DNA of 64,000 nt, taken from assembly GCA_024137785.1 (NCBI GenBank), contig JAHRHZ010000088.1, positions 7,262,375-7,326,374 of the forward strand, given 5' to 3'. Every line of letters starts with the position of its first letter. Position 1 is the stretch's first letter. Made by a program: the position numbers and the translations under genes. A model generated the notes under the pieces. That model saw only the letters and a list, made by a program, of their open reading frames with translations, was not told the origin of the DNA and did not search any database. The DNA is from Ginglymostoma cirratum. Lineage: Eukaryota. Of this stretch, positions 24,900 to 37,559 are shown piece after piece.

Positions 24900-25560
24900 A
24901 TTAACCCTACAGAGATAAAGCAAATGGGAGGAGGAGCTTCTTCGTGAACATCCCCAACTCAATAATTGCAGAGCCCAGCATGTCAGTGTAAAAGACAAGG
25001 TTGACAAGGCTCATAATCAGTTTCAGTAAGAAGTGCTGAGGGTACGATACATCTCAGCATTACTCTGAGGTTTCTATTGTCAAAGTGACAATCTACATCC
25101 AATTCAGTCACTCTGTGCGATATCAAGAAATCACTGAGTACACTGGAGTGTACTACAGCAACGGCTGAAGGCCTAACCGCACCCCAATTGTAATTCTGAA
25201 GACTTGTGTTCCAGAATTAGCTACACCCTTGGGAAAAACATTCTAGTACAGTTATAGTATTGGCAAGCACCCAACAATGTGCCCAGCTATGTCCAAGGTC
25301 CATGAAGCAGGGCAAAACCATATCTGGGCAATTACTGGCCTATTAGCACTCTCAGTCATCAGCGGATGGATGAGAATGTTGTGAACAATGCTATGAAGTG
25401 GAACTTACTCAGGAATATTATGCCTGATCATGTTCAGTTTAAGTTCCAACGAATTGTGAGGATCAATTAGCTCCAGAACTCTTTTCAGCCTTGCTTCAAA
25501 CGTAAAGCTGAGGCCAGAGATGAGGTACCCTTGACATCAAAGCTGCATTTGATCACTAAT
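24900..25560 (+). mobile_element. Decayed CR1/L2-group LINE ORF2 fragment (family of 37560-39745)
   Basis: Encodes LKTCVPELATPL... and NYWPIS-type pre-RT motifs with frameshifts. Confidence 0.7.
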
Positions 25561-27449
25561 GAGTGTTATGATGAAACCTGTATATTGTGCTTTTATGTGT
25601 GTATTCTGCCTAATATTTGTTCAATATGGGAAAACGTATGGATTTCATTTTGGGTTTATAGGAAATGTTATGAAAATTTATGGGTTGAAATTACATTGTA
25701 TAATTTTAACAACAATGTTAATGCATCCACAAGAAATTCCTCTGTCTGCCATTTTAATGAAATCTTTTACCATTTTAAGATAAACACCTTAAGGCTTTTG
25801 TTGAATCAAAGGAATTTCAGACTGAGTATTAAAATGTCCATTGCTAGAATGTATGTGACATGAGCCCTCTGGAGTTGAATATTAATAATTATTTATTATC
25901 TAGGACCAAGAGTTGCAGGGTGAAAAAGGTAGTGCTGAATAGCATGATTAAAAATTTGGCCCTGAACAATAATCAATTTTTTATAATAAACCCCTCCCCT
26001 TTAAAAGGCATTATGGTTTATTTCCACCATATTGCTATTGTGGTCTTGCCTGGCTATGAAAAGTGCATTACAGTTCTTTGAGATGCCCCTGTTTACTGTA
26101 CCTTTCTAGTAGCACCCAGTGATGGTGTACTACATGCACAACATGATTTAAGTCAGGAGTGAAACTCAGTCTCTGTAGTCCTCAGGTACTTTCGGACACT
26201 GTTTTGCAGCACCGCTTGCTGACTGGAGTAATATATAATGGGATATGAGTAGGCTAATCATATGATGCAAATGATGAATTTATTCAGACATCAGCAGAGC
26301 AGAAGAAAAGACTAGAGAGAAACATGTAACAGCAGGAAAAAGATACTTCAGTAGAGAGCTGTTTACATTAATGTGTAAATATGTGTATCTAAATAAACAG
26401 CTTGATAAATGTTGAAAAGAGTGGGAGAGCCTTACTCTAGGAGAAGTTCAAACTCAGGATGCCAGAGACAAAAACATTTACAATCCAGTAAAAACGAGTA
26501 GCGTCCAACAATGCATGTGTAGACACCCCATGTCCAGACACACTACAGATGATGCGGTATGCCCATAAAACACACTGAAAACAAGAATCGCAAATGTCCA
26601 TAATGCATTAGTGTTTCGAAATGCCAAGTAAGTTAGTTATCGAACAGATAATGGCATATTAAAGGGATCCCGTGTGCAGTGAAACTTTGTTGCTATCAGA
26701 TCATCATTTTAGTACAGTTGTTAACTTGAATATATGTCATAAATGCCCTGTTAGATATGGAAAATAAGTATTGTTTTTGCACTTGTACCTAATCAGTTCC
26801 ATCTGTCACACTGAGGCAATGCAGCCCATGATGTCCGTTGAAATAATTTAAACAAAATTCAACTGAAGGACAAAAAAATAAGCATCTGATTAGTTTTACT
26901 TGTTCAAGATTGTAACACAGTTTTCAGGCTACAAGGCAAAGCCATTCATTCTTTCTGTATGTAGTGTCCTATATAATATTGGCACTCTCTATGCCATATT
27001 CCCTTTTCTACAGCAACAAGAAATACTATTGGGCAGTTTGTACTCCATGGTAATATCACAAATGCTGGCAGATGTCGACATTCGTTTGTTGAAAGGTTTT
27101 TCCAATGGTTACTCACTTTAAGGTGAAAGCAAGTTACAGCAGAGGTCACATGACTCTGGCCAGCCACAGATGCACAAGACACAAATGTATTTCTCCAAAC
27201 ATCTCCCTTTTCATAAAAAAAATACTATCTTAAGTTACAAGTTACCCAAGTTAATTATTGTGTATAGGCAATAACAAAAAGAATCATTCATCAACAAAAG
27301 TGTGCATAATTCTAGTCATTCCCACTTTTGTCAGTATCTAAACATACATTTCATGCATGACCTCTAATGCATTCATGTCTTAGAATGGCATTTTTGCACA
27401 TTGGTGTTAACAGTTTGTGTGGTATTTGCTCATTCCTGGATTGATGTTC

Positions 27450-28100
27450 CTTCGCTGCAAGTGTCATTTCCATGGCAAGCATTTGATCAGAGCAAGATCC
27501 TTGTCTTTCAGTTCATGTTTCCACTGGCTATGACTTCCAGAGCATGCTTAGCTGTTTTTTTCTAGTTGATTGATTCAAATAAAAGTTGTTTCATGTTTGG
27601 TGCTCCAATACCACTGCACAATATTAGCAGTGATCTTGTGTAGAGGCTGACCCTTAGACCTGACAACGTCAAATTGTTTTCTGTGTAGACTGACTTGCAA
27701 GAATCATCGTCTGATACCTCTCCGCCAGCCTTTATGGGGACTTGCTATGTTTCTTCCCAGCTAATTATGGGTGTACAAAGTGCTTCTTGTGGTTAGAACA
27801 TTGCTTTCCCCATCCCAAACATGCATTTGTTTCTTTGATGCAATGTCTTCCACAATATTTATTTCGTGTTCTCTGACCGTAATTTTTCTATTGGCACTTT
27901 TGCAAATGTTTCTTTTCTTCTGCCAATATATTGTTCTCACTCAGCCTAGTATGTATCTCAGTTTAATGCAAAGCCTACTCTGTTTTCCCATTAACACACT
28001 CTAACTGATGATTGACAACCTCAGAGCTTCAGAACATTCTGATTGGCAGCTTTGTTCAGAATAAGTCCTCTTCTGTATGTCAGCAGATATGCTCTCAGAA
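27450..28100 (-). mobile_element. Probable decayed RTE LINE 3' region
   Basis: cttgtgtagaggctgaccct reads RVSLYT on the minus strand, like the RTE terminal SRIGLxSH motif. Confidence 0.35.
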
Positions 28101-28572
28101 TGGGAATTCTACGCCTAAGAGAACCCTATCTACAATGAGCTTTTCTTTGAGTTGTCACCACATACTGATCAATAGTTTCCCTCCCTCCCCTGGGCTCCAA
28201 TGTAAAACCCAGATCATTCATAAGTAATGTTAATAGATGGTTGTCTTCAATCACAGTATTTTGCATTCAAAAGGAATACATGGTGGAATTTTATAGGGGC
28301 CTGAGCTATATGGGCGATAGTGAGATTTGTGGCAGCCATATATGAGAAGTCAAATGACGCACATTTTGATATTGAGAACAGCTGGTGCCATCTTTTATGC
28401 AACAGCTAGGCAGCGAAGCAAGTTTCTCACAAGGCAGTGGCATATTGTCAATTAATGGGGATAACAGCTTGTTGAAAGCCTTATTATCGCCGCAACTCCC
28501 CTAATTAATATTTACCTTACTACTTTACACGAGGAGCCGAACAAGCGACACATTGAGTGTATACTTATGAGT

Positions 28573-29350
28573 GTTCTGATGAAGAGTCACCAGACTCGAA
28601 ATGTCAGCTCTGCTTTCTTCCCATGGATGTTGCCAGACCTGCTAAGTTTTGCCAGCAATCACAGTTTTTGTTTCAGATCTCCCACATCCGCAGTTCTTTA
28701 TTTTATTTTAGTGTTTAATTCACTGCCACATGTCTTCCAGGTATGCCTACCTTGAAGAAGTTCTGCTGCCCTCTCCAACAGGATTTCTGTTCTAATGTTT
28801 CTTCTTGTTCGCCATCGTTACTTCCGTCTTCTCTCCTAGTATTGGACAAAGTCTTTGCCAAAACTCACTTCCACAGCCACATTTCTCAGTGACTGTCTCC
28901 AACTCAGAATCACCCAATGTGGATTCCAACTGAAGTCTCATCCTTCCTGTTTTGAATCCACCCAGGATCGCAGGTATCTCCCTGATGTACAACACTCCTC
29001 AAACCACTGTTCTCACCACATCCTGAGATCCACACTCTGTGCTGAGTGTCGCCATGTGCACACTCGTGATCTCTCTCTCTCCACCAGTACCATCTCACAC
29101 TATCTCAGGATTATCTTGTCCTCCAGTTCCACTTTATTCTCTAGCTTGTTTGACCTTCTAACAAGAAACTTCTTCTTTCAGGCATTGAGGAATGCAAGCT
29201 GCAATGACTCAGGGATACCGAGGGCTGAAGAAGAACACTGGATTCAAAATATTAACTTTGCTTTCTCCCCACGTATGCTGCCAGACCTGTTGTTAAGTTT
29301 CACCAACAACTTCATTTTTGTTTCAGATATCCAGCATCTGCAGTTTCTAT
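28573..29350 (+). mobile_element. Internally deleted Penelope-like element: pLTR - ORF N-terminus - pLTR in direct orientation
   Basis: pLTR copies at 28573-28710 and 29222-29350; between them FLSDCLQLRITQCGFQLKSHPSCFES, matching the PLE N-terminal H..FL..C....iP.Gf motif. Confidence 0.8.
28576..28605 (+). ncRNA. Minimal type I hammerhead ribozyme motif
   Basis: CTGATGA-A-GAGTC-ACCA-GACTC-GAAA-T-GTC: intact core, perfect 5-bp stem II, GUC triplet. Confidence 0.7.
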
Positions 29351-30057
29351 AAATGTGAGGTATTCCACTTTGGTAGCAGAAAGAGGAAGGCAGATTATTA
29401 CCTGAACAGCAATAAATTAGGAAAGGGAAATGTGCAATGAGACCTGGGTGTCACCATACAAGCAAATGGCATGTTGGCTTTCATAGTGAAAAAATTCAAG
29501 TACAGGAGCAGGGATGGCTTGCCAGGCCTTGGTGAGACTGCACCTGGAGTATTGTGTGCAGAACTAATCTCCTTATCTCAGAAAGGATATTATGGCTATC
29601 AAGAGAATGTTTTCTACACTGATTCCTAGGATGGCTAGACTGACGTATGAGGACAGGTTGAAGCGACTAGGATTATATTTGCTGGAGTTTAGAAGATTAA
29701 GGGGGGAATCTCATAGAAACATAAAATTCTAAAAAGGTTGACATAGGAACTACATTCCCAATTGCAGAGGAGTCCAGAACCAGGTGTCACAGTCTGAGGA
29801 TACAGGGCTGAGATGAGGAGAATTTTTTTTTTCATCCAGAGTGGTAAGCCTGTGGAATTCACTGCCATGGAAAGCAGTTGAGGCCAAAACATTGTATGAT
29901 TTCAAGAAGGAGATGGATATAACACTTGGGGCTAAAGGGATCAATGGATATGGGGAAAAGCAGGAACAGACCATTGAGTTGGATGATCAGCATGATCATA
30001 ATGAATGGCAGAGCAGCTTCAAAGGGCAGAATGGCTTACTCCTGCTCCTACTTTCTT
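29350..30057 (+). mobile_element. CR1 3' fragment
   Basis: aaatgtgaggtattccactttgg (KCEV-HFG), HLEYCVQ, VSLWNSLPWKAVEAK, and 3'UTR ending ctcctgctcctactttct. Confidence 0.9.
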
Positions 30058-30540
30058 GACATGGAAGTCAGAGCAGGTACTTTGTGACTCAGCTCATTGC
30101 TAGCTGCAACCATCCAAACAGAATCTCAGGGCATGATCCACAGGCACCAGCTGCATGCAGCCTTCATCGATAGATATTGACATCTGGTGGATGACAATAT
30201 CCCACAATCTTCACAGTGCCTTTCCAATCCACTTGCAGGCTGTTTAGGAAATGCAGACCTGCACTGCAAGGCACCCCTACAACTAGCATTAAAAAGCTAC
30301 TGCAAGGATACTCTACATGCATGGACAGGCATCCAGCTCACAGATTGGACCAGGCTGGATCCTTGGGCTGTTCACTTGTTCTCTAAGTGCTTGCCCACAT
30401 AAAGAAGATACCTATCCATAACAGCATTGCTGCCTCACACAGCAACTTCCCGCCCATTAGCAGCATCCCTGCCTAGCCTTGCCTTGCTTTCCTCTGCCTA
30501 TTGTTGCATTGATGCTTTCAGCCAGAGCCAAAGACTAACA

Positions 30541-30733
30541 GCACTGCCAAACTGATGGGTCAGACAGCATCAGACGAGCAAGAAAGTCAACCTTTCAGGT
30601 CAAGACCCTTCATCAGGACTAGGGTTCTGACCTGAAACATCGACTTTCCTGCTCCTCTGATGCTGCCTGACCTGCGTGTTCCTCCAGCTCACACTTTATT
30701 GACTCTGACTCCAGCATTGGCAGTTCTTGCTAT
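30541..30733. mobile_element. PLE-derived hairpin element (family B)
   Basis: Inverted arms around gacccttcatcagg; minus-strand core CTGATGA-A-GGGTC-TT-GACCT-GAAA; flanked by an 8-bp direct repeat cagcactg (30539, 30737). Confidence 0.8.
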
Positions 30734-30749
30734 CTGCAGCACTGGTGGG

Positions 30750-32900
30750 CTCTTTTCTTCAGATATACAGTTTGTACTTGTTGCAATGGCTTTTCTCACT
30801 TGTTACTAGAGATCCATCCAGGGTGGGGTCCGTGGGTGGTGGGGTTGGGGGTGGGGGCACCTCACTGTATGGCACACAGAGACGTCGATCAAACACCTAC
30901 CTACAGCATGTAGCAACAAACTGCACCGTCACTCAATCAAATGGATACATTGGTGTGTCTCATCCTCAGTCAAGACAAAAACAGGAGATCTGTGTGAGTC
31001 AGAGAATCCCAGCAACATCAGTTACAGGCACAGTACAGGGATTTGCCCACCATCAGTTTGCTTCAGCCTGACATCATCTGGAGATATGTGTGAATACAGT
31101 CCAGGGAGTAGTCAACAGTCAGTACTGTAGGACAATCTCAAGCAGTAAGGAGAATCTCGCCCCCTCAGTCAGGGATCTGCCAACACAGCAATGAAGGTGT
31201 CTGGTCAGTTTAGTGATTGTTTATCATAAAAATCTGCAGTTAAGAGTCTAATGATGACCACAAAACCATTGTCAATTGTTTGAAAAACTCATCTGATTCA
31301 CTAATATCCTTTATGGAAGGAAACTGCCATCCTTCCCTAGTTTGGTTTACATGTGACTCCAGTCACACAGCAATGTGGTTGATTCATAACTGCCCTCTGG
31401 GTAATTAGGGGTGGGAAATAAGTGCTGGCCTAGGCAGCAATGCCCTCATCCCAAGAATGAATAATAGAAAAAAACTTTGGTCAGTGGTTTGAGATGAATA
31501 TATGCTAGGGGTCTGTGTGCTGATTGTTCAGGAGTTCAAGGGAGGCCCACGGGAGCAGCAGGGCATCACTGCCAAAAGGGATGGAGGAGTCAAGGCTGGA
31601 GTTGGAAAATGGAAGCATGGGTAGAGGTGGTGATTGACAAGGATAGTGATGAGAGGGGGAAGTCAAGATGTAAGGGGGAGGGTCGGCAGAACAGGATTGG
31701 AAGACATGGTGCTCTAGATGAGGGGGCGATATTGGCAATGAAGACAGTTGGAGAGTTCAATATGGTGAGTCTCTACATGGAGAAAATGGGTGGAAATGGG
31801 CTGCTGGGGTAGTGCAGGGTAAAAGAGGATATGGAGGCTCTTGGAGTTATCTGGTGACCAGGCTAAGCCTAGCGCTGATGGTATCCACAGCGAGCTATAT
31901 TCCCTGCCATCATTTGCAATTCACTAGATATCAACAACAACAGGAAAGTGCCTGGGACAATGACTGTGTGGGTGAAGTCGGTGTCATTTCGATGGGAAAA
32001 AGCCCGGCATCCATATCTGCTGGACACTAGAACATTGAAAGAGCACATGAGCATGTATTTCTGTACGCCAACTAAATTTCAATTTCAATCATTTCTTCAC
32101 CCATTTGCAATGCATGGACAGTGAGAGTACCCAAGCTTCAAATGCTGGGCAGAGGTGAATTGCAGCAAGTCAGTGAAATTTGGCAACCTAACACTGCTAT
32201 CTCAGCGATGCAGGTTAACAAAAATGAACTAAGACTTCACTTGTGAAACTTCAAAGGGTCCTAGTTGAGGGGAATATCATTCCATCATTTGTCATTGAAG
32301 TATGACGCTGGACTCTACCAAATGTAATGAAAAGATTGAAGCGGGTGTGGGATGGGAAGGGGTTCGGGGCAGAGCAGACACTCCCTTGATGTTAAGTGTT
32401 GGTCATTCAGCTGGTGTGGCACCTTCACCAAGTAGGTGCACACACTGCAACCAGTGTCATTGTGGAGCAGACGATAGGACTACTGAAGATCCTGCTCCTT
32501 GGGCCGGTCTTGGGGAGCTCCTCCAGTCTAGGTAGATTGTGCTGCAATATCCTGGTGTGCTACACCCTGTACAATTGGAGTAGGCGACGAGGCGATGGGC
32601 TGGATGCTGAGGAGTTGGGTGAACAAGGCAGTCTTCCTAGGTGGTCAAAGACAAGGAAAAGTACAATGGCGAGGAGGAAGCTCTCCTTGTCCATGACAGA
32701 GCTCAGTTATGCCAGGTACTACAAACCAGATAGGGCCTGATTTACCCTTAGTTTCAGTCAATGAGAGCTGGGTGCAGCAGACCATCATAGAATGTAAAAC
32801 AGTCACTGATCATGGTGCCAGCATTTGGTTTGCAATGTGGGGGTGAACTGCAACCTCTATTTGTAGAGTTTGTGGTCACATTTGCTGGCTGTAAATAAAA
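30750..32900 (+). mobile_element. Decayed PIF/Harbinger transposase remnant
   Basis: ORF 32396-32740 HTATSVIVEQTIGLLK...ILVCYTLYN followed by an acidic stretch matches the HARBI1-type H..R..vE.tIG.LK...C..LHN C-terminus; N-terminal-like LYGTQRRRSNTYL near 30865. Confidence 0.65.
31225..31474 (+). mobile_element. 5'-truncated Meta-like SINE
   Basis: catctgattcactaatatcctttatggaaggaaactgcc...acatgtgactccag...aataagtgctggcctagg...gaatgaataa. Confidence 0.85.
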
Positions 32901-34194
32901 CATCATGTTTGGAATTGTCTGACTCTTTGCCTGTCTGTGATGTTCACAATGAAAAGATGCTAGACTACAGTGAGCACTAGGGACAAAGTAACACTGACCA
33001 AGACATGGTGTTTAGATATAATGTGGCTAAGGACAGTTAAACTGTGTGGCCTAATGGTTACACAGTGACTACGTTGAGAGGATAGGGTTGTATGTGTAGG
33101 GGATTGTCCACCATGTGGCTTTGCGGCTGCTGTACCCTTAAGTTGCTGGTGAAGGGCAACACTAGATTTGTCAATGTTTATATGGGTACAAAATGGCCTT
33201 TTAGAGATGACTCAGGCACAGGTGATGCCAGTCTTTTGGTGGATTTCCACCATGTGGTAAATTGTTCTGTAAATGGTACATGTTCAGATGGAGACAGAAT
33301 TGATGGGAGAGTTATAATAAGGTCAGGGTAGGTAGTTAATGAGGTGCGTTTGGCAAAATGCAGCAAGAATTCAAGCCAATCCTCACAGTGAAAACCCCTC
33401 CAAAAACGTCAATGCAACTGGAACTTAGAACACACACTTCAACACACAGGCTTTGCCCCAACTATTGTATCATCTGAATAGCCAAATGATGTTGTAATAT
33501 CCTGCAGTTCATAGAAAGATCATAAAAATAAAATTCTTTATTCATGATTCATTAGGGTTACAATTTGCATGTTTTTTTCAGAGTACAGCAAGCAAGATAT
33601 AGCCTGTTGAGAAGACAAATTAAGGTCACAGTTGTGAATTTTCGATATTCTGCATTCCCTTTAGTGTTTTGCTGTCCACAAACAAGAATGTTTGCTTTAT
33701 GATTTCGATATACAGTACCTGGAACCCTGAGGGATTCACTCATATTACAAAACTATTTGGAATGTGTTCCATGTTCTTTACTTTGCACTAGTAATGAAGG
33801 GTGTACGTGGTTAATACATCAGCAAGAGTCTAAATTCTTGCCAATTTATGTCCTCCACTGTGTAGGTTCATCAGTTGGCTGGATATTCAAAAAAAAGCAA
33901 TGGACAAGCATACAATATTGTGACTGAATGGACCCATAGCTAGGCTTCCATGAGATAGTAAAAAAAATCTCAAAGTTTTATACTTGGCAAAATAGCAGCC
34001 ATACTAAAATTAGTCATAAGAAATGAACCTTACTTGCCTAATAATCTGACTGTAAAGAGACCTAGATCTAACGGTGACCAGAATGTAATTAGATTCAATG
34101 TTCATTTGGAAAGGATAAGCTTAGTACAGTTACTAAGATTCTGGATTTTAGGAAAGGTTAACTTAAACAACCTGAGACATATAGTGACAATAGC

Positions 34195-34790
34195 AAACTG
34201 CTCAAAACTGTGAACATTTTGAGTTCAGTATGACTTTTCTTCAGAACTGAAAGTCATTGGATGTTTTTCTTAATGTTTCTGAAAGAGGCAGAGGCCCAGT
34301 GCAAAAGACAAAGTTGTTGTTAATGGCAGAAAAAAAAATGTAAAATGTGTTTAGATTAAAGGTGTGAAAGGGAAAGAATGGTCTTCTATACTAGTGTAAA
34401 GTAAACAAGACAAGGCTGTAGACAGAAATGGGGAGAGAATGCAAGAAAAATGGAGAACAGACATAATGCAGTGAGTTTCTTAAGTTATTGAATTCAATTG
34501 TTATTGAATTCAATTTTCAGACATCAAGACTGTGAAGTACCTAAACAGAAAACGAGGTATGCATTGTGTTTGCATTGTGCTTTACTGGAACATTGCAGCA
34601 GGCCTAAGACAGAAATGTTAGCATGAGAACAAGATGGTTTGTTGAGATGACAAGCAGCTGGGAGGGTAGGGTGAATTCTGTGGATACAGTCAAGGTGTTC
34701 TGCAATGTGGTGAGCCAGTCTGCATTTGGTCTTGCAATGTAACAGAAACTGCATTTGAGCAGCGATTGTAAAAAACATTGTGATAAATAT
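34195..34790 (-). mobile_element. Penelope-like element 3' end (GIY-YIG C-terminus plus pLTR)
   Basis: ORF 34524-34793 KTKCRLAHHIAEHL...LPAACHLN...ISVLGLLQC...LVFCLGTSQ; degenerate hammerhead near 34212-34245. Confidence 0.85.
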
Positions 34791-34929
34791 CAAGATTAAC
34801 TCAACTGCTTTTGGAATTATATTATCAGGAAAAATAGATTCATAAAGGGGAATTCAATTCTTTCAGAAATAATGTTAGTAATACTAAAAATAAAATGATG
34901 AACAATTAATATGCATCAAATCACAGAGT

Positions 34930-35500
34930 AGCGCACAATATACCTCACATTCCAAGTAAACCAATAATAAATAAAGAACCAGACGTCAGCTAAAGTTGAT
35001 GAAGACAAGGCAACAGAATTAGAATGCAATAAAACTAGGAAATACTTAGTACTAAATGGATTTCTCTCTAGGGTTCTAAGTGAATTAGGTGAAGAAATTG
35101 TGGATATTTTAGCCATAATCTTACAATGATCTCTAGATTCAGGAATTTTCTCTTTTAGTTAGAAATTTAAATATCAACACCATTATTTCACAGGTTTAAG
35201 AGTAAAATCAGGAGATTGCAGACTTGTCAGTTTTGCATCTATTATGGAAAATTTGCCGGCGTTTCTAGACAAAGGGCCAGATTCTACTATCTCGAATGTT
35301 GTGGCGTTGGGGAAAGGCGGATGTGCAAATGCATAAAACATGGTTTAAAATGGAAATTTAAAGATTTGCCATTGAAGGCAATGCTTGCCTTCCAAACAAC
35401 TAGTGGATTATGCTCAGCACTGTTTGTTTGCACAGCTGTCATTAGGACTGTCAACATTATTTAGTCTCATTAGGGTAGTGTACTGTAAATAAAGACCCAT
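34930..35500 (+). mobile_element. Very decayed CR1 ORF2 internal fragment
   Basis: ctagggttctaagtgaattagg (PRVL-EL), gatctctagattcagg, aaacatggttt motifs. Confidence 0.55.
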
Positions 35501-35569
35501 TTTTCTCAGAATCATCACAAAACTAAAAGATTTTTAAAACTACACAGAATTCCTCAATTTACCTGTATT

Positions 35570-36475
35570 TTAGACCTAGATTGACAGAAAGCAGGTACCA
35601 GGATTCTGTCCTTAACAAGAATGACTACTTAATACAACTAAATTGATTTTAGCAGAAGATAAACAATTATGAACCATCAACATATGACCCCACTAGTTCA
35701 CACTCTGACCTCCTTATTATCTCCCTGACATGTACACATACAGAAAGGACAGGAAAAACAGCATGGATGTTCTGGAACAGAAAGAGAAATTGCTGGAGAA
35801 AGGCAGCAGGTGTGGTAGCATCTGTAAGAAGAAAGCAGATTTAATATTTTGAGTCTTCATTAGATAAGTTAGAGGACTCAAAACATTAGCCCTGGTTTCT
35901 TCTGACAGATGTTGCTGGACCTGCTGAGTTTCTCCAGCAATTTCTGTTTTTGTTTCAGATCTTGAGCATGAGCAGTTCTTTGTTCTATTTTTATATGTGT
36001 TACAGACAGAGGGAAGAAGAGAGAAAGCAGTTAAATAGCCCCTGTTCACAGGTTTCACTGAAATTGTCCTTTTGGCTTGTCAGGATATGCTATCCCTTGA
36101 CTTTCCCTCTCCAGGTACATTCACTTACTTGCAAAAGGTACAGGGTGACTGGTTTACTCTTAGGAAACTCTAGGTTGCTGGTTGAGAGTCACAACTTACA
36201 GCAACTTCTGAGAGGAAAATAAGTTGGCTTTCCTCAAGCTTAAGGTGGTTTTTAACTAGAGAATAAAGATACAGCTCCTGCATTTACGGAGACCCAATGA
36301 TTCCTCTTTGAACATTCACACGTTCAAGCTTTTCAGCAACCTGGAAAAAAATCACGTCATAGTTGGCAGACTGAAAATCTTCGTCATCAATAACTGGTCA
36401 CGTGTCCACAGACCAATCAGCCACTTGTTGCCAGCCAAATCTCCATTCATGTCCAGCCCCCATGGCTTCAGCTCA
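35570..36475 (-). mobile_element. Probable LTR remnant hosting a PLE hairpin
   Basis: Promoter-like block tcacgtca / ggtcacgtg / ccaatcag at 36352-36420 and LTR-like body; termini unclear. Confidence 0.35.
35755..35992. mobile_element. PLE-derived hairpin element (decayed)
   Basis: gaaattgctggagaaa... versus ...tttctccagcaatttc inverted arms. Confidence 0.8.
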
Positions 36476-36477
36476 TC

Positions 36478-37510
36478 TTTGATTTGATTTGATTTGATTT
36501 ATTGCTGTCATGTGTGCTTTAGTAAAGTGAAACATTTTGTGTGCAGTACAGACACATCATAACATGCAAGGACATACAGATTACTGGGCGATTGAACAGA
36601 GTGAGGAATACAAAGTTATGGCTGCAAAGAAGTTAAACAGAAAGCAAGATCAACAGGAGATTTGAAATTTGAGAGGTCCATTCAGCAGTCTAATAACCAG
36701 GGGGATCAAGCTGTTCTTGAACCTGTTGGTACGTGTGTTTAAGCTTTTGTATCTTCTGCTTGACAGAAGAGCTTGGGAGAGATTATAACTGGGGTGGGAG
36801 GGATCTTTGATGATGTTGGCTGCCTTTCTGGAGCAACGAGAAGTGTAGATGGTGTCAATGGATGGGAGGTTGGCTTGTGTGATGTTCTGGTCTATGTTCA
36901 CAACCTTCTGTAGTTTCTTGTAGTCCTGGACAGAGCAGTTGATGTACCAAGCTATGATGTATCCAGATAGAATGTTTTCTATGGTACACCTGTAAAAGTT
37001 GGTGAGGTTCCTTATGGACCTGCCGAATTTCCTCGGCATCCTGAGGAAGAAGAAGTGTCTTCTTGACTGTTGCATCTACATGGGAGGTCCAGGAGAGTTT
37101 GTTGGTTATCATCACTCCTAGGAACTTGATGCTTTTGACCCTTTCCACCTCAGCTCCATTGATGTAGATAGGGGCATGCCCTCCTTCTTTCTTCCTGAAG
37201 TCAATGATCAGCTCTTTAGTTTTGCTGACATTAAGGGAGAGATTGTTATCTTTGCAGCACAACACCAATCATTCTATTTCCTTCCTGTATTCTGTCTCAT
37301 CATTGTTTGATTTCTGGCCTACAACGGTGGTGTCTTCAGCAAACTTGTAGTTGGAATTCGGAAGAAATTTGGTCACACAGTGATGAGTGTACAGGGAGTA
37401 CAGTTGGAGGCTGAATACACATGCTTGAGGGGTGCCAGCATTCAGGATTATCGTGGTGGAGGTGTTGTTGTCTATCTTCACTGATAGCGGTCTATGCGTC
37501 CGGAAGGTGA
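36478..37510 (-). mobile_element. Rex1/Babar LINE, 5'-truncated, frameshifted RT
   Basis: GTPQACVFS..LYSLYT..KFAEDTTVVG, LNVSKTKELIIDFRK, KFLGV..., RTNRFKNS; (ATTTG)n tail at 36478-36500. Confidence 0.93.
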
Positions 37511-37559
37511 GAACCTGAACTCAAATAGAGTCACCATTGAACATTGTCACACTTGATCA

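Noticed and set aside
26789-26862. Minus-strand exon-like segment after a strong acceptor
   Set aside because: All frames contain a stop before the weak donor.
34492-34516. Short tandem duplications (ttattgaattcaatt here; also 6829-6856 and 57370-57391)
   Set aside because: Ordinary slippage duplications.
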